Part shown: one piece after another, positions 49,676 to 63,727 of the stretch
Numbering within the stretch: position 1 is the first letter of the stretch
Layout of the letters: the number at the start of each line of letters is the position of its first letter
Assembly: GCA_963734535.1 (NCBI GenBank)
Contig: CAVTHS010000002.1
Coordinates: forward strand, 1-64,000
Length of the DNA stretch: 64,000 nt
DNA from: an uncultured Chloroflexia bacterium
GTDB lineage: Bacteria > Chloroflexota > Limnocylindria > Limnocylindrales > CSP1-4
Direction: 5' to 3'
Translations under genes and position numbers: made by a program
Notes under the pieces: model-generated
Told to the model about the DNA's origin: nothing
Databases searched by the model: none
What the model saw: the letters and a program-made list of their open reading frames with translations, nothing else

Positions 49676-51139
49676 ATGACCGCACGCCGCACCGCGCTCT
49701 GGACGTTCGTCGTCACCGCGCTCGCGCTGTTCATGACATCGCTCGACAACCTCGTCGTGACCACCGCCCTGCCGGTGATCAAGGCCGACCTCGGCGCGTC
49801 GCTGGCGCAGCTCGAGTGGACCGTCAACGCGTACACGCTTGCCTTCGCCGTCCTCCTTCTCACCGGCGCCGCGCTCGGCGATCGCTTCGGGCGAAAGCGC
49901 ATCTTCCTGGTTGGGCTCACCATCTTCACGGCCGGGTCTGCGGCAGCCGCGCTCGCTCCCACGGGCGACCTTCTCGTGATCGCGCGGGCCATCCAGGGGA
50001 TCGGCGCTGCGATCGTGACGCCGCTCACCCTGACGCTCCTCTCGGCAGCCGTTCCGCCCGAGCGACGCGGCCTGGCGCTGGGCGCCTGGGGCGGCATCTC
50101 CGGCCTCGCGATCGCGATCGGCCCGGTGGTCGGCGGCGCGATCATCCAGGGCCTCAACTGGCACTGGATCTTCTGGCTCAACGTCCCGCTCGGGGTCGTG
50201 GTCCTGGTCCTCGCCGCCCTTCGACTCACCGAGAGCCGGGGCCCGGTGACGCGCCTCGACCTGCCCGGCCTGGTGCTCGCGTCGAGCGGCCTGTTCGCCC
50301 TCGTGTGGGCCCTCGTCCACGGGAACGTCGAGGGTTGGACGAGCGCCGGGATCCTCGCCGCGTTCGCCGCCGCCGTGGTCCTCCTCGCGGGCTTCGTCCT
50401 CCGCGAGTCCCGCACGCCGGAGCCGATGCTGCCGCTCCGCTTCTTCGAGAGTCGCCAGTTCGCGACCGTCAACGTCGTCAGCTTCGTGATGTCCTTCGGG
50501 ATCTTCGGCTCGATCTTCCTGCTCGCGCAGTTCTTCCAGATCGTCCAGGGATACACGCCGCTGGATGCGGGGATCCGGACGCTCCCGTGGACGGGGATGC
50601 CGATCATCGTGGCGCCGCTCGCAGGGCTTGCGCTCAACCGCGTCGGCGGTCGAGCGCTGCTGGCCGCTGGCATGGCGCTGATGGGCGTCGGGCTGGCGTG
50701 GATCGCCGCGGTCGCGACGCCGACCGTCGAGTACACGCGGCTCGTCCCGGCATTCATCATGGCCGGGACCGGGATGTCGCTCTTCTTCGCGCCGACAGCG
50801 AGCCTGGTGCTCGGTGCGGTCCGGCGGGCCGAGGAGGGCCAGGCGTCGGGCGCCAACAACGCGATCCGCGAGATGGGCGGGGTCTTCGGCGTGGCCATCC
50901 TTGCGTCGGTCTTCTCCGCGGCCGGTGGCTACACCTCGCCGCAGGCTTTCGTCAACGGGCTCGTGCCGGCCGTCTGGCTCGGCGCGCTGGTCCTCGGGAT
51001 CGGAACGCTCGCTGCGCTCGCGATCCCGGCAAATCGGCACGCGGAGATCGAGGTCCACGCGGGCACGTCGGGAGCCGACGCTCCCGAGTCCCACGGCGGG
51101 AGCGGTCTCACCCCGGAGCCCGTCCGCATCCGCTCCTGA
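49676..51139 (+). CDS. DHA2 (EmrB/QacA) MFS efflux transporter
   Basis: LDNLVVTTALP, WTVNAYTL, LGDRFGRKR, WIFWLNVP. Confidence 0.95.
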   Translation: MTARRTALWTFVVTALALFMTSLDNLVVTTALPVIKADLGASLAQLEWTVNAYTLAFAVLLLTGAALGDRFGRKRIFLVGLTIFTAGSAAAALAPTGDLLVIARAIQGIGAAIVTPLTLTLLSAAVPPERRGLALGAWGGISGLAIAIGPVVGGAIIQGLNWHWIFWLNVPLGVVVLVLAALRLTESRGPVTRLDLPGLVLASSGLFALVWALVHGNVEGWTSAGILAAFAAAVVLLAGFVLRESRTPEPMLPLRFFESRQFATVNVVSFVMSFGIFGSIFLLAQFFQIVQGYTPLDAGIRTLPWTGMPIIVAPLAGLALNRVGGRALLAAGMALMGVGLAWIAAVATPTVEYTRLVPAFIMAGTGMSLFFAPTASLVLGAVRRAEEGQASGANNAIREMGGVFGVAILASVFSAAGGYTSPQAFVNGLVPAVWLGALVLGIGTLAALAIPANRHAEIEVHAGTSGADAPESHGGSGLTPEPVRIRS

Positions 51140-51267
51140 CGAACGGAACCGGCCGAATCGACTCCCGCGCCGACCCCGCCGAGGCGTACCCTCGTCGCGC
51201 CGGGGTCGGCGCGGGCCGCTTGCCGCTCTTCGCGGAGCCGCGCCACTGGCAGGAGGTCGAGGTGGGC

Positions 51268-51921
51268 ATGCGCGTGCCGGACCTTGGATCGCTGATTGCG
51301 GACGTCCAGGCGCGACGCATGGCGCTCGATGCCACGGGCTCCTACTTCGTGACCGACATCGACGCTGCGCACGCGGAGGACTTCGCGAAGTCGATCCTGC
51401 TCATGAGCATCCCCCGGCGCGGCCAGCGGGACCAGCCGATCACCGTCTACATCAACTCCGGCGGCGGCTCCGTGGGCGATGGCCTGGCGATGATGGAGAT
51501 GATCAACCGGATGCGGCGCCGATTTGACGTCCGGATCGACACCGTCGTGCTGGGGTACGCGTACTCGATGGGCGCCATCGTCAGCCAGGCCGGCGACCAT
51601 CGCTCGATCGGCCGCTTCGGGACGCTCATGCTCCACTCGACGCAATGGATCCTGTCGGGCGAGGACGAGCGCATCTTCAAGGACTACCAGCAGCTCTCCG
51701 AGCACTACCAGCACACGGTGGCCGAGCTCTTCGCGCGCAGGACCGGCTATCGCGACGAGGCGTGGTGGCGACGCTTCATCTGGTCCGGCCGCGAGCGCTT
51801 CCTCGGCCCGGACGAGTGCCTTCAGCTGGGCCTGGTGGACGAGATCCTCGAGCCAGCCAACCTGCCGGTTGCGACGTCGGGGCCGCAGTCGCCGAAGCAG
51901 GAGCCGCCGACGACGGGCTGA
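51268..51921 (+). CDS. Divergent ClpP-family protease subunit (start may lie upstream)
   Basis: ITVYINSGGGSV, AYSMG (Ser), LMLH (His), RERFL...LGLVDEI. Confidence 0.85.
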   Translation: MRVPDLGSLIADVQARRMALDATGSYFVTDIDAAHAEDFAKSILLMSIPRRGQRDQPITVYINSGGGSVGDGLAMMEMINRMRRRFDVRIDTVVLGYAYSMGAIVSQAGDHRSIGRFGTLMLHSTQWILSGEDERIFKDYQQLSEHYQHTVAELFARRTGYRDEAWWRRFIWSGRERFLGPDECLQLGLVDEILEPANLPVATSGPQSPKQEPPTTG

Positions 51922-51994
51922 CCGGCGGGAGCACGAGCCGCCACGTGCCGGCGACGGCTACGGCGGGCGCCGCGAGTCCGGTAACAGGGGAGGT

Positions 51995-52174
51995 GTGCCG
52001 GATGGCATCCCCACCCGTGCCGGACGGCATGGTGCGCAGGCCACTCGACACGGTGGGATTCGTGCGCGGCAGCGACAACCGACGCGGATCGGGCCCGCGA
52101 GGGCCGTATTCGCACGTGCGCATTCGGGTGCCAGATGGCACTCGATGGCGTGCAGGATTGGTGCCGGCGGGCAC
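51995..52174. promoter_or_regulatory. Four GTGCC-N4-GGCAY palindromes upstream of doxX
   Basis: Copies at 51995-52008, 52017-52030, 52128-52141 and 52161-52174. Confidence 0.65.
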
Positions 52175-52290
52175 CCGCGCAGCGTGACCGATGGCGGAGA
52201 CGGACGAGGGTTGATGTCCCGCAGGCTGCGTGAAGCAGATAGACCGGGCCGCGACAGGGACGCGGCCGGAAGGAAGGGAGTCAACACAAC

Positions 52291-52893
52291 ATGCGGATCA
52301 CGAGTCGGCCGTTCGGCCTGGCGACCGCCATCGGGCGGATCGCCATCGGGATCATCTACCTCTGGGCAGGCCTCGAGAAGCTCTCGGTCGGAGACGGGAA
52401 GGGCGGCCCCTTCTCGGCGGTCGGCTTCCTCAAGTTCGGGACGAACGGGACTCTCGGATGGCCGTTCGTGTCCGGGACGCCGGCAGACGGCACGGTCTTC
52501 AACCCGACGCACGACTTCTGGGTGAGCCTGGCCGGCAGCGGCATCATGCCGCTCATCAACCTGCTCGTGGTCGTCGGCGAAGTGGGCATCGGCCTGGCGC
52601 TGATCCTGGGCATTGCGACGCGGTTCGCCTCGGCGATGGGCACGCTGATGATGATCTTCTTCTTCTTCGCGGCCTGGGACTACGCGTTCGGCATCGTGAA
52701 CCAGCACCTGACCTACGCGGTGGTCACGTTCGGCCTCGGCGTCATCGGGGCGGGCAACTACTACGGCCTCGACCGGGTCATCGCGCAGGAGCTTCCCGGC
52801 GGGCGTTCGGACGTGGCTTCTCTCGGGCGACCCGGAGGACTCCGCACGGGCCACCGCCTGACGGTTACCCCAGACGGCCGTCGGGACCCCTGA
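52291..52893 (+). CDS. DoxX / TQO small-subunit (DoxD)-like membrane protein
   Basis: RIAIGIIYLWAGLEK, GEVGIGLALILG..TRFAS, YGLD. Possible late frameshift, with the true stop perhaps at 52861. Confidence 0.85.
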   Translation: MRITSRPFGLATAIGRIAIGIIYLWAGLEKLSVGDGKGGPFSAVGFLKFGTNGTLGWPFVSGTPADGTVFNPTHDFWVSLAGSGIMPLINLLVVVGEVGIGLALILGIATRFASAMGTLMMIFFFFAAWDYAFGIVNQHLTYAVVTFGLGVIGAGNYYGLDRVIAQELPGGRSDVASLGRPGGLRTGHRLTVTPDGRRDP

Positions 52894-53037
52894 CCGGCAG
52901 CCGTCAACCAGCGTCCCGGGTGAAGCCCGGCAGGCCACGTGCCCGCCGGGCTTCACCTTTTCTGCTCGCCGGCGTCTCGAGTCCGGCCATTCGAACAGGT
53001 GGTCGGTTCGACGTTCCGGGCGTATACTCCCGCTCCC

Positions 53038-57764
<4,727 letters not shown>

Positions 57765-57800
57765 CCCGGCAGCTCGAGAGCCTGCCAGGGCCGGCTCCGG

Positions 57801-58772
57801 TCAGGCAGCCAGGCCGAAGAAGCCGCGCGCCGCCTCGCGCAGCCGGTGCCTCGGGCGCCCTGGACCCGGGTCGGCATGTCCGCTCGGCCGGCCGCGCCAG
57901 GCGCGGGACATCGCGACCAGCCGCGCGGCCCACGCCCGCCACGTCGCGGGCCGCAGGAACCACGCCGGGTCCGGCTTGAGCCAGAGCGATGGGACGAGGG
58001 CCCACAGGAAGACCAGGTAGTCGAGGCGCGCCGGCCGGGGGAGGCCGAACAGGACGGAGAGCTGGACCAGCGTGAGCGGGAGTGTGGCGAGCGTCAGCAG
58101 CGCGGCGACGGCAAGGAACAGGACGCCGTGCAGGCGTGCCTTCGGGGCAAGGATCGGCAGGAAGGCGATCGGGATCCATTTCATGGCAACGGCCAGGGCC
58201 CAGAGGATGCCGCCGGTCCGCGGACCCGTGAACCGGGCCCCCCACAGGACCAGGACGAGTACGAGGTTGATGTTCCCGGTGTCGAGATTGGCGAAGGCCG
58301 GGAACGCGAGCAGGAGCGCCGTCACGGCCGTCGCGAGCGGATGGCGCCGATAGGCCCACGCCACGGTCCACAGGAGCAGCACGATCGTCCCGCCGCGCCA
58401 CACGAACCAGGCCACGTCCCACGGGAGGAGCGCCCACGGCGCGAAGACAGGAAGCAGCCACGGCGCATAGACGTAGGGCATGAACGGGCTTGCGGGGTGG
58501 TACGGATCGCCGCCATTGAGCCAGATCCGGACGGCGGCCCAGTAGGCCCGTGCGTCAACGCCTGCAAGCTCGCCGCGCGCGAACATCCCGGCCAGGCCGA
58601 TCCCACCGGCCACCGCGAGCAGGAGGATCGCGACAAGCCGGCGCCGGTCGCGAAGGTGGGAGGCCTGGCGTCGAAGGGCACGTCGAAGGACGCCCCCGCG
58701 CCTGCGCGTCGGGCGGCCGACGAGCCCGCCCGGGCGCACATCCACCGGCCCCGTCCCAATCCCCGATGCCAT
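57801..58772 (-). CDS. GT87/DUF2029 membrane glycosyltransferase
   Basis: DARAYWAA...GGDPY...YVYAPW...GNIN...AMKWIP. Confidence 0.8.
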   Translation of the reverse strand: MASGIGTGPVDVRPGGLVGRPTRRRGGVLRRALRRQASHLRDRRRLVAILLLAVAGGIGLAGMFARGELAGVDARAYWAAVRIWLNGGDPYHPASPFMPYVYAPWLLPVFAPWALLPWDVAWFVWRGGTIVLLLWTVAWAYRRHPLATAVTALLLAFPAFANLDTGNINLVLVLVLWGARFTGPRTGGILWALAVAMKWIPIAFLPILAPKARLHGVLFLAVAALLTLATLPLTLVQLSVLFGLPRPARLDYLVFLWALVPSLWLKPDPAWFLRPATWRAWAARLVAMSRAWRGRPSGHADPGPGRPRHRLREAARGFFGLAA

Positions 58773-58908
58773 TTCGGGGAGTATCGCATCGCGCCGACAG
58801 CGAGGCGACCGTGCCGCGACCTGCCACAGACCGGCGGGCGTCGCGCCCGCGGCCTGCCGCTGACCGGCGGGCGTCGCGCCCGCGGCCCCGACACGGCACA
58901 CTCCGCGG

Positions 58909-60264
58909 ATGGAGAGCAGCCCGGTCGACGCGATCCGCGTCTTCGTCCTCCTCGTGACGGCGGCTTCCGTGGTGGGCGTGGTTGCTGGGCGAATCCGGCT
59001 GCCGTACGCGGTTGGCCTGGTCCTCCTCGGGCTCGCCGCGGGATACGTGCTCCCGGAGGCCGCGCGCGGGATCACCCCGGACCTCGTGCTGGCCGTGCTG
59101 CTCCCCGGGCTCATCTTCGAGGCGTCCTTCCGGACGCCGCTCGAGCCGTTTCGCTGGGCCGTCTCCCGGGTCGTGGTGCTCGCGGTTCCTGGCGTGATCC
59201 TGACCGCGCTCGTCGTCGCCGTGGTGGTCCACCTGGGCACCGGCCTCTCGCTTGGATCGGGCCTCCTCGTCGGCGCGATGGTCTGCGCCACGGATCCGGC
59301 CTCGGTGGTCTCCACCTTCCGACGGGTGGCCGCGCCCGACCGGCTGCGGACTCTCGTGGAGGGCGAGAGCCTCCTCAACGATGGGACGAGCCTGGTGATC
59401 TTCGTGGTCGCGCTGCGCATCGTGACGGGCGGCCTCGGCGCCGGGGACGCGGCGATCTTCTTCGTCACGACGCTCACCATCAGCGCCCTGATCGGCGGGG
59501 CGCTGGGGTTCGTGACGGTGCAGGTCCTGCGCACTGTCGACGATCACGTCCTCGAGGCGACGATCACGATCGCATGCGCGTACGGGGCGGCCGTCATCGC
59601 CGACGGGCTGGGCGAGTCGGGGATCATCGCGACGGCCGTCGCGGGCCTCGTCCTGGGAACCTACGGCCGTCGCGTCGCCCTGTCGGCCGAGACCGAGCAG
59701 GCCCTCGACGAGGTCTGGGAGGTGGCCGCGTTCGTGCTCGCTGCGCTCATCTTCCTGGTCGTCGGCGCGGCGATCCCGCTGCCTCGCCTTCTCGCCGACG
59801 CCGGCCCGGTCGGGGTGGGCGTCATCGCGATCCTCGTCGCGCGGCTGCTCACCGTCTACGGGCTGCTGGGCCTGGGCGAGCGCCTCATCGCGCGCGTCCG
59901 TCGTGGGCGCCCGTCCCTAGCCAGCAGCGTCCGCGCGGCCGCCCGTGAGCGCTGGTCTCTCGCGGAGCCCGAGGGTCCGAGCGTCGTCCCGCTCGCCTGG
60001 CTTCACGTGCTCTCGTTCGCGGGCCTGCGCGGCTCGGTGACGGTGGCGCTCGCGCTCGCGCTTCCCGCCGGCCTGCCGGATCGGGCCGCGGTCCAGACGC
60101 TGACCTTCGGGATCGTGGTCGTGACACTGCTCGTCTTCGGCCTGCTGGCGGGCCCGTTCGTCGGCTGGGCGCTCCGGCGCGCCCCGGCGGAAGCCGCCGA
60201 TGGGACGCCCACCACGCCAGGCGGGGAGGCACCCGCCACGTCCGGCGCCGCGGGAGACGGCTGA
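58909..60264 (+). CDS. CPA1-family Na+/H+ antiporter
   Basis: LLPGLIFEA, ATDPASV, EGESLLNDG, AGLRGSV. Confidence 0.93.
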   Translation: MESSPVDAIRVFVLLVTAASVVGVVAGRIRLPYAVGLVLLGLAAGYVLPEAARGITPDLVLAVLLPGLIFEASFRTPLEPFRWAVSRVVVLAVPGVILTALVVAVVVHLGTGLSLGSGLLVGAMVCATDPASVVSTFRRVAAPDRLRTLVEGESLLNDGTSLVIFVVALRIVTGGLGAGDAAIFFVTTLTISALIGGALGFVTVQVLRTVDDHVLEATITIACAYGAAVIADGLGESGIIATAVAGLVLGTYGRRVALSAETEQALDEVWEVAAFVLAALIFLVVGAAIPLPRLLADAGPVGVGVIAILVARLLTVYGLLGLGERLIARVRRGRPSLASSVRAAARERWSLAEPEGPSVVPLAWLHVLSFAGLRGSVTVALALALPAGLPDRAAVQTLTFGIVVVTLLVFGLLAGPFVGWALRRAPAEAADGTPTTPGGEAPATSGAAGDG

Positions 60265-60265
60265 G

Positions 60266-61496
60266 ATGGCGAGCGAATTCGCCTGCCCTCGTCACCGACC
60301 GCGAGCTTGCCGCGATTCGTGGGCGGATCGGCGCGGCCGAGCCGGACCTGCTCGCCGACCTGGCCCGCCTCGTGAACGTCGACTGTGGGAGCTACGACCG
60401 CGACGGCGTGAACGAGATCGCGACCTGGACCGCCGCCTTCCTCGCCCGGATCGGGGGCGAGGTCATCCGTCACGCGGATCCGGCCGGGAGGCTCGGTGAC
60501 ACCGTCGAAGCTGTCTTCCGGGGTGCGCCCGGCGGTCCGCGGGCGCTCGTGATCGGGCACACCGACACGGTCTTCCCGCTCGGCACGGTCGCAGTGCGGC
60601 CATTCCGGCTCGCCGACGGCATCGCGACGGGACCCGGCGTGACCGACATGAAGGCGGGCCTTCTCACCCTGCTCTACGGGCTCGAGGCGGTCCATGCGCA
60701 GGGCACGCTCCCGTTCGAGCGCCTGACGGTCATCGCGAACCCGGACGAGGAGATCGGCTCGCCGGTCTCCTCGTCCCACGTTCGGCGGGTCGCGGCGGAA
60801 AGCGACCTGGCCCTCGTCCTCGAATGCGCCCGGGCGAACGGCGATATCGTCTCGTCCCGCAAGGGGGTCGTCGACTACGTGGTGACGATCACGGGCCGCG
60901 AGGCGCACGCAGGCGTCGAGCCCGAGAAAGGGCGCAGCGCGATCCTCGAGGCGGCGCACCAGGTCGTCGCCCTCCACGGGCTCACGGGCCGGTGGCCCGG
61001 CGTGACGTGCAACGTGGGTGTCATCGAGGCCGGGACGCGCTCGAACGTCGTGGCCGGCCAGGCCGTCCTGCAGGTCGACCTGCGGGCGACGGATCGAGCC
61101 GGACTCGAGGCCGCCATCGCCGCGATCCAGGCGCTTGCCGCCGCCCCGACGGTCCCCGACGTGCTCGTGACCGTGATGGAGCGCCATCGCCACTGGCCCA
61201 TGGAGAAGCTGGCGCGCTCGACCCGGCTGGTCGAGCACGCGCAGGCCCTTGCCGCCCGGCTGGGCTTCGCGGTCAGGGACGCCGCGACCGGTGGCGCCTC
61301 GGATGCGAACACGACGGCGGGGATGGGGGTGCCGACGCTCGACGGCCTGGGCCCGGTCGGCGGCCTCGATCACTCGCCGGACGAATGGCTGGATGCGTCG
61401 AGCATCGTCCCCCGGACTGCGCTGTTCGCCGCGCTGCTCCTTGCGACCGGGCGCGACCCGGAGATCGCCGCCTGGCGGGCTGACGCCTCCCGCTGA
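60266..61496 (+). CDS. M20-family metallopeptidase (glutamate carboxypeptidase-like), probable 5' frameshift
   Basis: GHTDTV, GPGVTDMKAG, DEEIGS, GREAHAG, GGASDAN, HSPDE. The ATG at 60266 is out of frame with ORF 60372..61496. Confidence 0.9.
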
Positions 61497-61573
61497 CGGG
61501 CCGGATGGGCTCCCGCCCGTGGAGCCGGCGCGGCCGGCCGGCGACGCGACCACCGTCTCGGAGCGACCCCGGG

Positions 61574-61639
61574 TCAGCCGGCGCCGAGCGCCCGGGCGGC
61601 GGCCGCTCAGCCGGCGCCGAGCGCCCGGGCGGCGGCCGC
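61574..61639. repeat. 33-bp perfect tandem duplication of the azlD 3' end
   Basis: TCAGCCGGCGCCGAGCGCCCGGGCGGCGGCCGC at 61574-61606 and 61607-61639. Confidence 0.85.
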
Positions 61640-61939
61640 GACCACGACCGCCACGAGCAGCCCCAGGAACAGGTTCCTCCGCCACGCGACGAGGGCGGCA
61701 CAGGCCAGCACGGCGACCGCGTCGATCCCGACGTGGAACGTGGCGTGGCCACCGGCGCCGCTCGTGAGCAGCACCTGCGACGCGGCGATCGCGGCGAGAA
61801 CGGCCGGTCCGACGAGGCGGAGGTACTCGAGGGCGCCGGGCGGCAGGCGCTCGAAGGCAGGGGCGAGGAGCGGGATGGCGCGCGACGGGTACGTGACCGC
61901 GAACATGAGGAGCGCGAGGCCGACCAACCCGACGTTCAT
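61607..61939 (-). CDS. azlD: AzlD branched-chain amino acid transport protein
   Basis: AVTYPSRAIP...LEYLRLVGPAVLAAI...WRRNL. Confidence 0.85.
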   Translation of the reverse strand: MNVGLVGLALLMFAVTYPSRAIPLLAPAFERLPPGALEYLRLVGPAVLAAIAASQVLLTSGAGGHATFHVGIDAVAVLACAALVAWRRNLFLGLLVAVVVAAAARALGAG

Positions 61940-61949
61940 GCCCGGCGCC

Positions 61950-62753
61950 TCACGGGGCGAGGCCGTCGTCGGAACGGTTTGGCACGCTGAACGAAGCCGG
62001 GTCGGCGGCCAGCTCGTCGGCCTCCGGGACCGCCGGGTCGCGACGCGGGACAAGGAGGCCCGCGACCGGACCGAGGAATCCGCCCGCCAGCACGCCCGCG
62101 CGTGGGTCGACCACGATCCCGACGACGAGCGCGATCCCCACCGCGGCGACCCCGGCGACGATCTCGCGCCGCCCGGTCGCGAGGCCGACTGCGAGCCCGG
62201 CCATCGCGGCGGGAAACACGATGTCGAGCCCGACGACCCGAGGGTCGGGGATTGCCTGGCCGCCCAGGACGCCAACGACCGTCGCGACGTTCCACGGGAT
62301 GAAGACGCCACCGATCGCTGCCAGCCAGTAGCCGCGACGGTCGGCGAACCCGAGCCGCCGGAAATGGACCAGGCTGAGCGCGAACGACTCGTCCGTCAGG
62401 ACGTGCGCCATGAGCGCCCGCTCGTGGCGCGGCCGGTCCCGAAGCCACGGGCCGAGGGCGGCCGCGTAGAGGAGATGCCGGGAATTGACGAGCGCGGTCA
62501 GGACCACGACCGCGGGCCAGCCGAACCCGGCCCCGATCATCCCCGCGGCGATGAACTGCGACGCGCCCGCGAACACGATCACCGAGAACGCGACCGCCTC
62601 CACCGGGGAGAACCCGTTCGCTCGCGCCGTCAGCCCGAAGACCACCCCGAAACCCGCGGCCGATGCCACGATCCCGGCCATGTCGAACAGCAGCCGGCGA
62701 CGCGCGGCCCGGAGGGTGGGGCCGCCAGGTTCGGCACCCTGGGCCAGCGTCAT
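61950..62753 (-). CDS. azlC: AzlC branched-chain amino acid transport permease
   Basis: FAGASQF, VNSRHLLY, LTDESFA, GLDIVFPA. Confidence 0.92.
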   Translation of the reverse strand: MTLAQGAEPGGPTLRAARRRLLFDMAGIVASAAGFGVVFGLTARANGFSPVEAVAFSVIVFAGASQFIAAGMIGAGFGWPAVVVLTALVNSRHLLYAAALGPWLRDRPRHERALMAHVLTDESFALSLVHFRRLGFADRRGYWLAAIGGVFIPWNVATVVGVLGGQAIPDPRVVGLDIVFPAAMAGLAVGLATGRREIVAGVAAVGIALVVGIVVDPRAGVLAGGFLGPVAGLLVPRRDPAVPEADELAADPASFSVPNRSDDGLAP

Positions 62754-62784
62754 CGGCGTCGTCGGTCGAGTCGAGCGGGAACCC

Positions 62785-63048
62785 TCAGCGGAGCGCGGTC
62801 TTTCCGCAGCGGTCGCACACGACGTAGACCGCGTGCTGGTCGCGCGCATAGCCGGCCGCGTGGAGGATGCCACCGCAGCCTGCGTGATGGAACGTCCACC
62901 AGCGTTCGCCCGCGTCGAGGGGCGAGGACTCGCCCGCGATCGTCACGTCGAGGCCCGCGTGGGCGGCGACGGTCGCGTCCACGGCCGCGGCGCGCTCGAC
63001 CTCGGACTCGCTCGAGTACGGGTAGGACTGGGAGATGTTCGAGGTCAC
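62785..63048 (-). CDS. Small hypothetical protein with HxxC...CxxC putative Zn ribbon
   Basis: SNISQSYPYSSESE...WWTFHHAGCGGILHAAGY...VVCDRCGKTALR. GTG start inferred. Confidence 0.6.
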   Translation of the reverse strand: MTSNISQSYPYSSESEVERAAAVDATVAAHAGLDVTIAGESSPLDAGERWWTFHHAGCGGILHAAGYARDQHAVYVVCDRCGKTALR

Positions 63049-63175
63049 CGGGTCCTCCGCGGGCGGTGCGGACGTGGCGTGCGCCGCAGGTGATGGCTGG
63101 TCCGGGGGCGAGTATCGCACGCGTCCCCTGCGTGGGCGCGACGCCCCGGGGCGGTTCCCGCGTGGGCCTCCACCA

Positions 63176-63727
63176 TCAGGCGGGCGGATCTCCGAGCCCC
63201 TGGCGCCAGGCGCGCTCGAGCACATCGACGATCGGGAGGGTCAGGTGCGCCCGAAGGGTGGCCGCGCACGCCACGTTCCAGCAGGCCATGATCGCCAGGC
63301 GCGGATCCCAGGGCGCCACCGCGTCCTCGATCAGCCCGATCGCCGCGTGCTGGAGCGGCCGGGCGGCCGAGCCGGGACGCAGGAACCGGGCCAGGTCGCC
63401 GAAGACACCGGCCTGCTCCCGGCCGCTCAGCCGCCCACCGAACCGCCCGACGTCCAGCCCGGTGAGCCCCGACGCCACCGCGACGACGACCGCCTCGAAG
63501 AGCTCGTTGACCTCCCGGCCCTCCGACGTCGTCAACCGCGGGCCCTCGTACCACGCGAGCGAGAAGCCCTTGTCCACCCGGCCGCGATATGGCTTCTCCG
63601 CGCCCAGGGCGCGGACGGCCGCGTCCAGCGCGTGCATGTCGTCGATGGTGAGGCTGCCGAACCGCCGCAGGACCGCGGCGCGCGCTCCCGGGTGGAAGAG
63701 GGGATCGCGCCCCGAAGAGCCGCTCAC
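63176..63727 (-). CDS. Hypothetical protein
   Basis: Natural amino-acid composition; GTGA-coupled to the upstream ggt stop. Confidence 0.7.
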   Translation of the reverse strand: MSGSSGRDPLFHPGARAAVLRRFGSLTIDDMHALDAAVRALGAEKPYRGRVDKGFSLAWYEGPRLTTSEGREVNELFEAVVVAVASGLTGLDVGRFGGRLSGREQAGVFGDLARFLRPGSAARPLQHAAIGLIEDAVAPWDPRLAIMACWNVACAATLRAHLTLPIVDVLERAWRQGLGDPPA

